Positions 1 to 13,132 of a stretch of 64,000 bases of DNA are shown piece after piece (the stretch's first letter is position 1; each line of letters opens with the position of its first letter). Position numbers and translations under genes: made by a program. Origin of the DNA: the human T2T-CHM13v2.0 reference genome, Homo sapiens; NCBI RefSeq assembly GCF_009914755.1, contig NC_060936.1. One strand, 5' to 3'. Under the pieces are notes generated by a model. It saw only the letters and a list, made by a program, of their open reading frames with translations, was not told where the DNA came from and ran no database searches.

Positions 1-226
<226 letters not shown>

Positions 227-2062
227 CTAGGTATTCCAGGGAGATGGAATTTCTGATAACATTATAGTCTAAACAGATCAAAAGATGCAGGAATGAATTT
301 AGTATTCACTGAAGAAGTACATGGGGGTCTTAGAAGTAAAATAAACTTTAATTAAAGCAGTTTATAGTGACGCTAGTTATAGGATGATTAACAGTCTTCA
401 AAATTTTGCAGACAAACTGCTTTTAGAGAATTTCTTAACTGAAGCATACATAATTATTATCATATGAACATGAGTTCTAACTGAATTCAAGAAGCCCTCA
501 GTTTTGGAATATATAAGGTAAGATAAGTCATTCATAGTTTCTCAATATTCAAACTATGTACCAATGAAACCAACACGTTTCTACCACTAATAATTTACAT
601 TACTGCCTTCCTTGGGAAGTTTGAGAGAAGGATTATTACTAACAGCAGGGATTTTTTTTTTATTCTGCAGTTTATGATTTCAAAAAGATCTATATTTTGA
701 CCACCTAAAGCCAAATCCAAATATTGGCAAGACTGACAACACAACAGAAATGCTGTGAGGATTTAAAAACCAATCAGTCCTTAAACTCATGCACATAATG
801 TCAAACGAGCAACAAAATAAGAAGTTCAAAGGCAACTAAACACAATGTACAATCCAAGTGGACCCCTGATTTTAAAAAACAAACAGAAATACTCAAAGGA
901 CAATTGGGAAAATCTGGGTATATTAGTTATTAATAACATAATAGTATTATACCAAAGTTAAATTTCCTAAGTGTGATTATTTTGAGAATGAAGAATAGCC
1001 TTGTACTAGGAGATACATACTGACATATTTAGGCATGAAGTGTTATGATTACTGCAATCAATTTTTCAAGGGTTTGGTTAAAAAAAAAGGTATGTGTGGA
1101 CAGAGAGGGAAATGATAAAAAAAGATAAAAAAAAGGACGGGTGAAGAGAAATCTTTGAAAAGAGACTAGTAGGTCAAACATAAACAAACAAAAACTCTTA
1201 ATCGTTAATTTGGGTTAAAAGAAAGATAGGTTCCAGAGAAGCAGGAAAACGTAAAGTCTTAAAAAGATTAACACACTAACTGGAAAACACTGCTTCGGTG
1301 GAGAGAAGAGATGAGAGGGATGGAGAACAGACAGAGAACAGAAAGAAGAGAAAGAAATGAAACTAACATTTTGAAAACACACTCAGTTTACTGGCCAGGC
1401 TATCTCAACCAATCCTTACAATATTAACTGTATTTCTCTTTATTTTGTTATACAAAAGGAAGATAGTAAGTAACTTGCTCAAGGTCATAACAACTAATAA
1501 GGTAGAGTCAGGAGCTCATCTCTGGTTTATCTGACCTCAGAGATCATGCTCCTACTGACATACCAAAGTTGCCTGCCTAGTGCTTTGTACTATGAGTTTA
1601 AAAAATTTAGATTTTAGTTCTCTCATTGACTTGTGGTAGTAGTATTTGTAATTTACCCGTGTGTGAAATTATCAACATGCACACCTCTACTTAATAGAGA
1701 TAAAGGATATAAAACCTGAGCTTCTCAAAATAAAAGTTCAATAGAAAAAAAAAACTAATACAATCACTGATTTTAATATTACAAAAATTTTTATCTTTCT
1801 GCCATTTATTAACTATCAACTGTATGTAATATTTGTTAACTACCAACTGTAATATCAACAGTAATATCAATTGCAAAAAGGATAAAAAAACATGATTCAG
1901 AAGAAATCTCATTCAACTGAGAAACATAAATACATATTTATATTCTGAAATCTTACATATTTTTGGAACAGACTATAAAAATTCAGAATTACTTTAATGA
2001 GTTAGTCCAAGTGGTACATAAATAGAATACATGTATTTTCAGCAAATACAATTTTGGCTTAC

Positions 2063-2187
2063 CTTTTTAATAGGTGATGTAGGTGTTGCTTGACCTGATG
2101 ACACAGTAGGTGTTGTAACAGCTACAGGAGCTGCTTGTGTACTAGAAGTGTTGGCATTAGTTACAGAAGCCAGGGGTTTTGTCTTAT
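2063..2187 (-). CDS. PPP1R12A: PPP1R12A coding exon 9 (125 nt; (D)KTKPLASVTNANTSSTQAAPVAVTTPTVSSGQATPTSPIKK)
   Basis: Contained in track ORF 2039..2269(-). Acceptor TCTTTAATAG|AT, donor AAG|GTAAGC. Phase 1 to 0. Confidence 0.96.
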
Positions 2188-2918
2188 CTATTAAAGACAA
2201 ACAATTAAGAGTCAAGATTCCATATATATTTGGTCTCAATGGCTGGGAAAAAATCATTTTATATTCCATTTTTGTTTAAGGTTTTGTTAACTAAAAGTCT
2301 TTCCCCACTGTGATTCCTTTTCGCAAGTCAGTTTTTCAGGGAGCTTCTAGACTTGTCTCTATATATATGCTGAAATAAATAGTTAAGATAATAAAGATAC
2401 ACAACAAAGCTTCTGACAATAAAATGCACAAATAGAATCTGACTTCTGTACTTTTAAAATGAAGAAAATAAAAAGAAATTTAAGATTTAAAACTTGAATG
2501 CATGAATGCAATGTAACTAAAACCTTAACAGTAGCTATGCAATTTTCTAATGGATAAACAACTATTATTACTGATCTAAAACTGATGGTTCCTCTTTAAT
2601 CAAGGAAATCTAAAAGTGCTTTTGTCAATAATTACCTTACATTCCTGTCAAACAGTATGGTTAAATGTCCCAAAGAGCATGTTTTCCCACTCCTAAAAAG
2701 TCTAAAGTTAAATGGGCACAATATCATCTTCTTGGAAAATAATCCACCTAACTGTGTAGAGAATCAATCAACAAATAATAAGTGTCCCCATTCTTCAAGT
2801 AGTGCCCTAGGTACTAGGGATATATCAGCCAATGAAAAGACAAAATACCTTCACTTGCAGTCTAGTAGGAGATATAAATAACAAATAAGATAAACCCCAT
2901 GTACCACCATCCAACTTA

Positions 2919-3211
2919 TTTATTTACTTTGAGACAGGGTCTTGTTCTGTTGCCCAGGTTGGGGTACAGTGGCATGATCTTGGCTCACTGAAGCCTGTTA
3001 CCCAGGCTCAAGCGATCTTCCCACCTCAGCCTCTTGAGTAGCTGGGACTACAGGTGTGCGCTACCACACCTACTAATTGTTGTGTTTTTTTTGTAAAGAC
3101 AGGGCTTCCCCATGTTGCCCAGGCTGGTCTTGAACTCGTGAGCTTAAGCAATCCTCCAGACTTGGACTCCCAAACTACTGAGATTACTAGCATGATCCAC
3201 AGCACCCAGCC
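2919..3211 (-). mobile_element. AluJ-like
   Basis: Dimeric Alu. TSD CCACCATCCAACTTA on both sides. Confidence 0.9.
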
Positions 3212-4328
3212 CCACCATCCAACTTACTTTGTAAATGTTATTAATATTGCTGTAGTCTTTCTATCCATTTGATTTCAACAAAGAACAAAAAAGTCCTAGA
3301 AGAAAGAACCCTAAAAGCAAAAATGTACTCTTCTTTCTCATTTTCTCAACTAACTTTCACATTTGTAAATTGTTTGAAAGGTAACTAAAACTTATGGTTG
3401 CACTCTCATTTTTATCTGCTTTATGAGAAGAGAAAGAACACTGAAGAAAAACTGTTTTGGCAAATAATTTATTTTACAAAATTCAGCAAAATAGTTATTT
3501 TATGTCAAATAGTTTCCCAAGGAAATAACCTTACAAAAAGTAGAAAGAACAAATGGTTTACAAATTGTCAAATTAAGCTGTAGCTCTACAGGGAAATGGC
3601 TGCTTTCTCAAGCTTTCCAAATAAAGTATGATAAAGCCTAGCTGATATTAAGAGAGTGAGAGGAAAGGAACCACACAGCGTTTACAATGGGTTAATTCTT
3701 GAGACAGAGTCAAATTTTCCTGGCACAACTGCCACTAGCAACAGGAAGAACAAAATTATCATAGTACAATGCTTCAAAGGAACATTTAAAGTTAGCTCAG
3801 TGAGAAACTGAGTAGAGAGCAATTAGTACGTTTCAATTCCAAACCGGGAACAAATACAATGCAATTTGATGGTAATTAGTTATATTTAATAGAATACTAG
3901 AGTTTTAAGAACCATCCAGGTCATATAGCCCGATTTTTCTCATTTTATAATCAAGGAAATTCAACCAAAAGATAGCAGAAGATTTGCTGGTTAGTGGTAA
4001 AACTGGCCTAAGGTCTCTTGTTTGTTTTAAATAGTTCCTTGGTGTCTAACATTGAACAGTGACTTGTATACAAACAAGGGCTAATGAAGAAAAAATTTAG
4101 TGAACAAAAACCTAGAAATCTTTGAAAGAGATGCCTGGACTTCTAGTTCTTGAATTATACTACATAAGTAGTAAAAGACTTAAAATACAAGTTAGGAGAT
4201 CTGGGTGCAAGTCTTGGCTCTCTTGTGCACATAGTTTAATTTGTAATGATATACTTGACTACAGACTGAGAGCTAAGTAATGTCTCCCAGGGAGGAGATT
4301 AACTGCATAAAAATAACTTTAGGCTATA

Positions 4329-4540
4329 GGTTGAGCACAATGGCTCATGCCTGTAATCCCAGCACTTTGGGAGGCTGAGGTGGGAGAATTGCTTGAGGAC
4401 AGGAGTTCAAGACTAGCCTCAGCAAAATAGTTAACCCTACAAAAAACAAAAATAAAATTAGATGTGCATGGTAACATGTGCTTGTTGTCCCAGCTACTGG
4501 AGAAGCTGAGGAGGATCACTTGAACCCAGGAGTTTGAGAA
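4329..4540 (+). mobile_element. AluJ-like, 3'-truncated
   Basis: Left arm and partial right arm, no tail. Confidence 0.85.
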
Positions 4541-5442
4541 TAAGGTAAATGTTCATCAGAATGGAAACAGACATATTTAATAGAATACTATACAATAGCT
4601 AAAAAAAAAAAATGCAGATCAAGTTATAGAAATAGATTTATGGACAAATATAAAAAACATAACTTTTGAGTGAAAAAAGATGTATAACAATTCCTACCAT
4701 ATGAAAAAAACACAAAACAATATTATAATTGTTATATGTTACATATGAATACACATATGTAAGACTATAAAAATGAACTAGAAGATTACAGAAAAAAACT
4801 CATGACAGTGATTGCCTTTGAAGGAAGGAAAGGGAAGCAGACTAGGGTGGGTGACCAAAAAAGACATCTATAATGTTTTAACTTCATTTAAGAAATTGAA
4901 GTAAATATGATTAAATGTCACAGTAGTTAAAGTCTTAAGTCGAGGTTGTTGGAATATGAATGTTTGTTTATTATACTTTTCTGTATCTTTAAAATTTCTC
5001 AAAACAAAGCAAATTCCCCCACACCCTCACAGGAAAGAGTTTTTACTCCATTCCTACTTTACTATTTCTTAGGGAAAATTTGGGATGCTGTTGGGACCGG
5101 CATCCTGGACGTTTGGACCTCAGAAGGAACAGGAGCATTTCTCAATTGCTGAGAACCCACTCACAACCTATCTGTACCTAAGGAGTCTTAGAAGCCTCTG
5201 CAACTTCTTTAAATATAGGTCGGCAAAATGCAGAGGTGAACAACAGCCTCCAGATAATTAAATAATAATAAATTCACAACTATATGTAAGTTTCTAGCAT
5301 TCACTGAAAGATAATTTAGTAGTGTGGCAGGTATCTAAACAAGTAGCAAATCAGTCTGAAAAATTTAAAAATTACGTCTCATCTTGTCTTATTTTACACT
5401 GCCACAAAATTCAACGAAAATGCATTTATCTTTTAATTTTAC

Positions 5443-5600
5443 CTGTTTCAGCTTCTGATTCCGAGTCATCTTCCTCATCTTCTTCACTAGAGCAGCTAGA
5501 CTCATCCTTCTTTCCTTCTTCTTCTTCATCAACCTTTTCTTGTTCCAGAGATTCAATACGGGATGCATTTTTCTCTGGTTCAATAATCAACGTCTCTTTG
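5443..5600 (-). CDS. PPP1R12A: PPP1R12A coding exon 8 (158 nt; (N)KETLIIEPEKNASRIESLEQEKVDEEEEGKKDESSCSSEEDEEDDSESEAET(D), acidic region)
   Basis: Acceptor TTTCCTTTAACAG|C, donor CAG|GTAAAA. Phase 2 to 1. The upstream intron is only 146 nt (5601-5746). Confidence 0.96.
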
Positions 5601-5746
5601 CTGTTAAAGGAAAACAGTGTTCAAATGATTAGAAATACAAAAGGTTAAAATATATTCATTCTTCCCAGATCCACAATAATCATGCCTGTGGCCACTATGC
5701 CAACTCATTAACAAAAATAACAAATGTACTTGAATATTTTACTCAC

Positions 5747-5835
5747 TTTTTAAAGGTCTTCTGTGACTGATTATTGTCCATATTTGCTGTTGATTCAATT
5801 AGTGGAGATTTCTTGTCCCGTTTTTCACTATGGAG
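5747..5835 (-). CDS. PPP1R12A: PPP1R12A coding exon 7 (89 nt; LHSEKRDKKSPLIESTANMDNNQSQKTFK(N))
   Basis: Acceptor TTTGTACAAAG|CTC, donor AAA|GTGAGT. Phase 0 to 2. Matches MYPT1 sequence as recalled. Confidence 0.95.
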
Positions 5836-6139
5836 CTTTGTACAAAGTTATGCAAAGGAAAATAAGAAAACTATTAAGATACTATTACTAAGATGCAGAG
5901 TTTAAAATAATAACAAAGTAGTTTTTCAGACATTAAATAAGACAAAACAAAGAAATAAATAAATTAAGTTTTACCTGAAAAGGAAAGAACTTGAATAAAG
6001 AATGAAATAGACTAGACAATTAAAAAGCTCCATGCAGGGCTAAGATGGATTTTTTACATCCCTCCAACTTTACTGAAAAAGTCGAGATCCACTAACCACT
6101 TAGGCTGGCTGAGGATATTTTACTTAAAGAACTGTTTCT

Positions 6140-6435
6140 GGCTGGGCGCAGTGGCTCACACCTGTAATCCTAGCACTTTGGGAGGCCAAGGCGGGAGGAC
6201 TGCCTGAGCTCAGGAGTTCAAGACCAGCCTGGGCAACATGGTGAAACCCCATCTCTACTAAAACACAAAAAATTAGCCAGGCATGGTGGCGTGTACCTGT
6301 AGTCCGAGCTACTCAGGAGGCTGAGGCAGGAGAATGGCTCAGACCCAGGAGGTGGAGGCTGCAGTGAGTTGAGATCGCGCCACTGTACTCTAGCCTGGGA
6401 CAGAGTGAGACCCCATCTCCAAAAAAAAAAAAAAA
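6140..6435 (+). mobile_element. Alu (S/J) in the intron between exons 6 and 7
   Basis: Full dimer and tail. TSD ~AACTGTTT(T)CT. Confidence 0.92.
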
Positions 6436-6784
6436 CTGTTTTCTAGTGATATAACTCCTTGCTTATCTAGGACCTGCTATTGGATATATGAGATTTTATA
6501 GATTTCATCTTTTAAGTAAAACACTCTAATGAAATTATAAAAACGTTATTCTTGAGGACATATATGAGTATTCATTTTGAGAAGGGGAGGAAATAGAAAT
6601 GGGGATAAGCAACACAAAAGGCTAAATATCACCATCCTTTATTCTCTTTCACTATCATTTAGTGAAACTTAAGGATAACTTAAAACCAAAAAGTACAAAA
6701 CATCACAAGAATACTTTTGTAATTGTCTCAAATTCAAAATTATTAAGGTAAGTAATATAGGCAATTATTAGTCATCAAACATAC

Positions 6785-6859
6785 CAGATTTTGTTTCTTT
6801 TGCAACTCTTCTAAATATCCTAAAATGTCTTCATCTGCTACATCAAAGGCTGTTTGGCC
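6785..6859 (-). CDS. PPP1R12A: PPP1R12A coding exon 6 (75 nt; GQTAFDVADEDILGYLEELQKKQNL)
   Basis: Acceptor CCCCCCTTGTTTCCTACGTAG|GGC, donor CTG|GTATGT. Symmetric phase 0-0. Confidence 0.96.
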
Positions 6860-7064
6860 CTACGTAGGAAACAAGGGGGGATGGTGATGGTCAAAAGTCA
6901 ATAAATCATAAAATGCCTTCAGTAATTCTGTATAATTTTATATAAAGAAGTTGGATAACATTTTTTACAGTGGTTATGATACAATAACTACTGTAAAAAC
7001 ATACAACTCTAAGGCAATGTATGTGAAATTTATGTGAGACAGAAGCTGAGAATATCTCCCCTTA

Positions 7065-7610
7065 TTTTTTTGGTAACAGCTTTATTGAGATATAATTCAT
7101 ATACCATACAAATCACTCATTTAAAGTGTACAATTCAATGGTTTTATGGATATTCAGAGTTGTACAACTATCAAAATAATCAATTTCAAATATTTTTATC
7201 ACCCTAAGAAGTAGGAACATACCCTTTAGTAGTCACTGTCTGCATCCAGCCCAAGGCAACCACTAATCTACTTTCTGTCTCTATAGGTCTACCTATGCTA
7301 GGCATTTCCTATAAATGGAATCATAGAATATATGGTTCTTTGTGACTGGCTTCTTTCACTCTACATGTTTTCAAGGTTCATTCATGTTATAGCATGTATC
7401 ACTTCATTTCTTTTGATGAATAATATTCCATTGCATGATATATACAGTTTGCTAATCTAGTCATCAGGTGGACATCTGCATTTTTTTTTTTTTTTTTGCC
7501 TATGATGAATAATGCTGCTATGAGCATTCATATACAACTTTTTGTGTGGACACCTGTTTTCATTTTCTTCAACATACAGTTAAGGGCAAAATTACTGGGT
7601 AATTTAACCT
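7065..7610 (-). mobile_element. L1M (L1MB-like) 3' end relic
   Basis: ACAGCTTTATTGAGATATAATTCATATACCATAC...AAGTGTACAATTCAATGG...GGCAACCACTAATCTACTTTCTGTCTCTAT. Confidence 0.8.
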
Positions 7611-8261
7611 TTTGAGACTTTTTCTTTTTGATGACTTCCTAAAACTTAATTAACTTCTTGGTAGAGTAATAAAACTAAAAATATATATATGTTTAAGCTG
7701 TTTAACATTCAGCCAGCCACAGGTATGGCTTAATTTTTAAAATTAGTCCACATGAACATATGTCAATCCATTTTAATTCACTGTGAAAGAGAAAAATTTC
7801 AAAGAGCTGCTGACTAAACATAGTAAGAATATTTCCTGCTGCCTGCATTAGTCCTTATAATAGCCCTACTGTACAAGTTTCCAGGATGCTTACAAGTTCA
7901 TTATTTAGAATATAGTCTTCTTTGTATGTTATCCAGTATATGATCCTTTCACAGAAAAAAAAAAGTTTTTAGCAACAAAAAATATAATTCTGAAAGAAAG
8001 TTAAAATTTCTTAATAGTATTCCTATATCCACAACAAGATCAGAATGGATAAGAAATAATGGCTTCTAAAATCACATTAATTTTTCCGTTTAGAAACAAA
8101 CAACAAACCTCGTTTCTATACCAACATCAGGATGTTAACATGTATTCAGAAAGGAGCTAATTTCCAAACACTACAAAACAAACTATAAGCTAGCCAATAT
8201 CTGAGCTAGTTTTCCCATTGTCTGTTAATAAAATAAAAAGCCATTGTCTATGAAAGGTATC

Positions 8262-8556
8262 TTTTTTTTTTTTTTTTTAAAGATAGGATCTTGCTCTGTT
8301 ACCAAGGTTGGAGTGCACTGGCACGATCGTGGCTCACTGCAGCCTCAACCTCCTGGGACTCAGGTGATCCTCCCACTTCAGCCTCCTGAGTAGCTGGGAC
8401 CACAGGTGCACACCTCCACGCCTGACTAGTTTTTGTATTTTTTTGTAGAGATGGAGTTTCACCATGTTGCCCAGGCTGGTTTTGAACTCCAGGGCTCAGG
8501 CCCACCTCCACCTCCCAAAGTGCTGGGATTATAGGTATGGGCCACTGTGCCCAGCC
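8262..8556 (-). mobile_element. AluJ-like
   Basis: Full dimer. Degenerate TSD CTATGAA...TATCTT. Confidence 0.9.
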
Positions 8557-11005
8557 CTATGAAGAATATCTTCAAAGTATATAAAATACTGCTTTTTCAA
8601 AATAGGTGAGTATGTATATAAATTTACAAGATTCGAAAATACTTATCATACTTGCCTTTTCTTGCTAGAAAGTCTTACCAGTAGGAATTTAAGAGACAAT
8701 CTATCCTTTCCCACTCAGTCCAAGATAAAAAGTTTTAGTTTTAACAAACTTTCCTCCCATTTCAATCTTGGGAAATAGAAGCCAAAATTTAAATTCCTGA
8801 AGAATAAATAGTTCTGAAATCAAATAACTGGCTCAAAACTTAAGGTGCCCTTTAAATTAGAAATACATGTTAATTCTAGTTTTGCTATATCATATGCTTT
8901 ACATAATCAGTTCTAAAATGTTAATAATGCTATTTATTTAATGTAAAGTGTGTTTAAGATTATGTTATGTGGAAATAATTCAGTGACTTCTTTTTAAATA
9001 TCATTTTAAGCATTATCAACCCTTCTCATGAATGAACTACCCCACCTTGAAAATGTTTGAACTGTAATTAAATTTTTCTAGCAGTTAAATGCAATGGAGT
9101 CACTTTAATAATCAAGGAACTCTCCTCTTTAAGAATAAGAAATTGGATCACTCTACTAACCTTTATTTTCACTTTCTCCCTTGATAAATGAATCTACTTT
9201 GCAAACAGCAGCTGATACACAATCAAATTAGAGTAAAATGTGGGCTATAAGAATTTCTAATTTCAAAAAAAGCACACTCATCAACTTAACTCATCAACTT
9301 AAACATGCTCTTTAAACAATCTGCAGCACAGTTATAAAGCTAACAGTCATGAAGTTATAAACATTATTTGGTTCTTAACTACTATAAGGCTATTATGCTT
9401 CATTGATAGAGTATAAACACATTTATAGTATATAAGCAGTGTCACTCAAAGCAACCAGGCAACAAATGAGGACACAATGCTGAGGTATGAGAACATGAAA
9501 ACTTTATCAAGAGAACTATCTTAAAAGTAACTGCTTAAAAAAAAATCAGTCCAATACGTCTATTAAGAGTCACAAACACACTAGAGACATTATAAGTCTA
9601 ACTTCATAGTTTCTTCATTTTTCTTTACTCACTTATTCTAACCAAATTTTTTTTTAGGTACAACCTCTTCATCTTCACAACAACGAATAATGTAGCTGGG
9701 ACAAGTATCAGAATGATTCTCACTGTACAGATGAAGAAACTCAGTCTGCGTGCATGGTATTTGCCCAAGGTCATACAGGTCATTAAGAGAAAGTGGGAAT
9801 ACAATCTAGGTCTCTACTAGTGTGTCATTTTGTCTTTATCAAAAATAAAAATAAATTCAGATGGAATTAGGGTAAAAAAAATTCTTGTGTCCATTAATAG
9901 CAGAAATAGCTTTGTTATTCATTTAAATCTTTATAATCACAGTTATATTAATCTAAAAACTTGTCTGCTAACCATTGTATTAATTTGGTAAGAGAAATTC
10001 CAACCAGAAAAGCATTCTAGTCAATATTTAAAGAAAGAACAATATTAGATACATTCTAGTAAAGCAATTATTTTAATAAATTAAGAAAGCAAATAAAAAC
10101 CTTTGTATTTAAGGTCTGTATCACATAATTTATAATAATGAATTAAAATGACAGTAAATATGTATTACAGTTTGCAAATAATTTAAAGAAATGAAACTGA
10201 AATCTCTAAATATTTTTAGACCATTTCTCCCACTTCCATGTAGAAAGTTTCAGATTTTCTATATATTTGTTACACTTACTATATTATACATTATTTTCCC
10301 AAATCATGTTTTCTAGTACTAAATAATTCATCTAAACTCTGGTAGTACCTTAAGTGCACATCTTTAATATCATTTTTAAAACAATTTAGTAATAATCTTC
10401 AATCTGTAAGTACTAAGGAAGGTATCCAATGACAATATAAATTCACATAGGCAGGCTTACATAATTAAGACAAAGTAATTTATTTTGACTGAACATGATG
10501 TATGACAATTTAAAATGCAGACAATAAAAACAGTCTAATTCATACATGCAAAGTTATGAAATTAAAATTTTAAAAATCAAGGTCTTAAAATAGAACTTCT
10601 CAAATGAAAAAAAAAGCCTTGTATTTGGATATATTTATGGCACAAAGTCCTTTAGAATGCTATAGACATTATGTAGCTCCTCACTATAAAAAGCAGTCTT
10701 TAAAATCTTGATTTTTAAAAGAAAAATATTTTGATTAAAATTTATATTTTTATAGCTTAATAGTATCTTGAAAAAGAAAAGATGAGGAAACTAAAACGAA
10801 AAGAAGTTATAGAGGAACTTAGCAGAATAAAAAGATAAAACAATTTCAGGGTTTTAGGAAAATATACTTGACTTCTCTGATCATGTTCCTGAATCCAAAA
10901 AACTTAATTTCACAGGGTCGTTAAAAGAATTGCATTAGGTAATATGTGTAAAAAAGGCTGAAAACCTTTAAATTCTATGTAAATATGAGGCACAATTGTT
11001 TCGGG

Positions 11006-11171
11006 TTTTTTTTTTTTTTTTTTTTTTGAGCAGGGTCTCCTTCTGTTGCCCACTGCTGTGCAGTGCCACAACCATGACTCACTGCAGCCTTGAACTCCTG
11101 GACTCAAGCGATCCTTCTACCTCAGCCTCCCATGTAGCTGGGATTACAGGTGCATACCACAAAGCCTGGCT
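11006..11171 (-). mobile_element. Alu monomer (FRAM/FLAM-like)
   Basis: Single arm with T tail. TSD CACAATT(G/C)TTT. Confidence 0.85.
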
Positions 11172-12987
11172 CACAATTCTTTTACTATCACATAAAGATC
11201 TACTGAAATATCGAATGACAGATAAGGAGTAAATAAAATTTAGAGTGACATAAGGAGCTGCTACTATAGTAATTTTTTAAAAAAGGATATAAGGCAAAAT
11301 AATTTTACATGCACTCCTTCTCTGATAGCAAAATTATGATAAATTGTATAGCATAGGAATTAGACAATTGTTGGCCAGATGCCAATAAAATGATTTTTCT
11401 CATGCATACAATATATTGTGTATGTTTCACTAGAATACTGATTCAGTAGGGGAAACACACCATGTTTCAACTTGTAAGTGAAATAATCCTTTTTGGAAAC
11501 CATTTCAATTAATAAGCTTCTCTCATCTAGTTCTCATCCGGAGGCTACTGTTACTAAATGAACCAATTATCAGCACTGCCCATATGAATGGACATGTGGT
11601 AAAAGGTCACTGTTTGGGAGAGAAGAATGCAGACCAGAGTTCAGAGGCTAATAGGTACCTGCTAATCTTTTCAGAAAAAAATTTCTGAAGGGGAATTTCT
11701 ACATGAAAAGAGAGGTAACACGACTTGCGAAGCTAAAATTAGCTGGCCTTTTACTTGAATAGTATCAATATTTATTTGTCTTCTAATGCTGATTACAAAA
11801 CAACTATTATGATGAAAAACAACAGAGAAAGTAAATTATTGAAAGTTTTAACTAAAAATTCAACCCAAAGATTTTTGTATTTGTATATAAGTACAAACCA
11901 ATCATTCCCCCAAATTTTTTTACTTTCCTTAAGACTTTTACCAATTCCTATGATTTTCATGCCTGCACATTTCTTATATAAAATATATTTTTAAATCAGT
12001 TAATGAAAATAAGATATTTAGAACTCTACTCCAAAAACAGCAAAAGAATTAGCCCTGTTTTGAATAAAGATGAGGTCATTTTATGAATCTCTGCTACATA
12101 ACCTATGATATTATCCTATAAAATGCAATATACAAGGAACATTCTATGGAAAGGTAATCAAACCCACTAGAGGAGACGTGTTTTGAGTTCTCCATGATAC
12201 TTATTACCTACCAACACAGAGTAGGAAGAGACTAGCAGGAATACTGGTGACTGGCTATTGACTGATAGTGTATCTAAAAAGGAGTAGAGGAGAGAAGTCT
12301 AGTTTAACAAGAAACTTGATAACCTGAATCTTTTCATGATTTTGTGAAAAACGCTTGTATGACATTTTCTCCCTCCCTCCTTCTACGTAATTGTGGTATT
12401 AAGTACATCATTTACCTCACTCAACTGAACTATTTTCTCATCTACAAAACTAGAAGACTAGATGATGTTGCATCTCAATGATCCCCTTTGGCATAAAACT
12501 TTATAGTTATATTTACTGTCATCACCTGCTGTAAGACCTCATTATTCATGTCACTTAAAGAATTCTATAAGCAAGCTAAAAGACCATCAGCTAAAGAATT
12601 AGAAACGCACTTCTACGTGTGTTCCAACTCAAAGGGGTGGCAGAAAACATTCACATAGGAATGCAACGTTTTCTTAGCTTCTGAATTCCTAAGAACATAG
12701 TATTAATGCAAGTATCCAAATCTACTCTACATGTATGGCAATCTGATTACTGAAAGAGCAATACTTCTTTCTTTGCAGTACAAGGCCAGAACCACCTCAT
12801 ACGGTAGCTGAAAAGACTTAAACCATTAATTAGTAAGTCAGTTGGCTGAAAAAATGTTTTATACAGTTAATAAAAATATAATTATATAATGTAATCCTTA
12901 TAACCTTTTGAGACTATATTTCTAAATATACTTTCTAAAACTATATTTCTAAAAGTTAAAGTATTAAAATACGTTTAAAACGCCTAC

Positions 12988-13132
12988 CACTTTGTTGACC
13001 ATCTCCATATCACACAGATTGTCCACTAAAATTCGACATGCTTCTTCTTTACCCCAATGAGCTGCAGCATGAAGAGGTGTCCAGCCATCATAGTCTTTAA
13101 TATTAACATCATAGCCTGCCTGTATTAAAAGT
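12988..13132 (-). CDS. PPP1R12A: PPP1R12A coding exon 5 (145 nt; (K)LLIQAGYDVNIKDYDGWTPLHAAAHWGKEEACRILVDNLCDMEMVNKV)
   Basis: Acceptor TTCTTTAG|A, donor GTG|GTAGGC. Phase 2 to 0. Ankyrin GWTPLHAA motif. Confidence 0.97.

Noticed and set aside
5322-5648. 108-aa Ser-rich plus-strand ORF and 64-aa Lys-rich ORF 5389..5583
   Set aside because: These are the antisense and alternate-frame shadows of the acidic exon 8.
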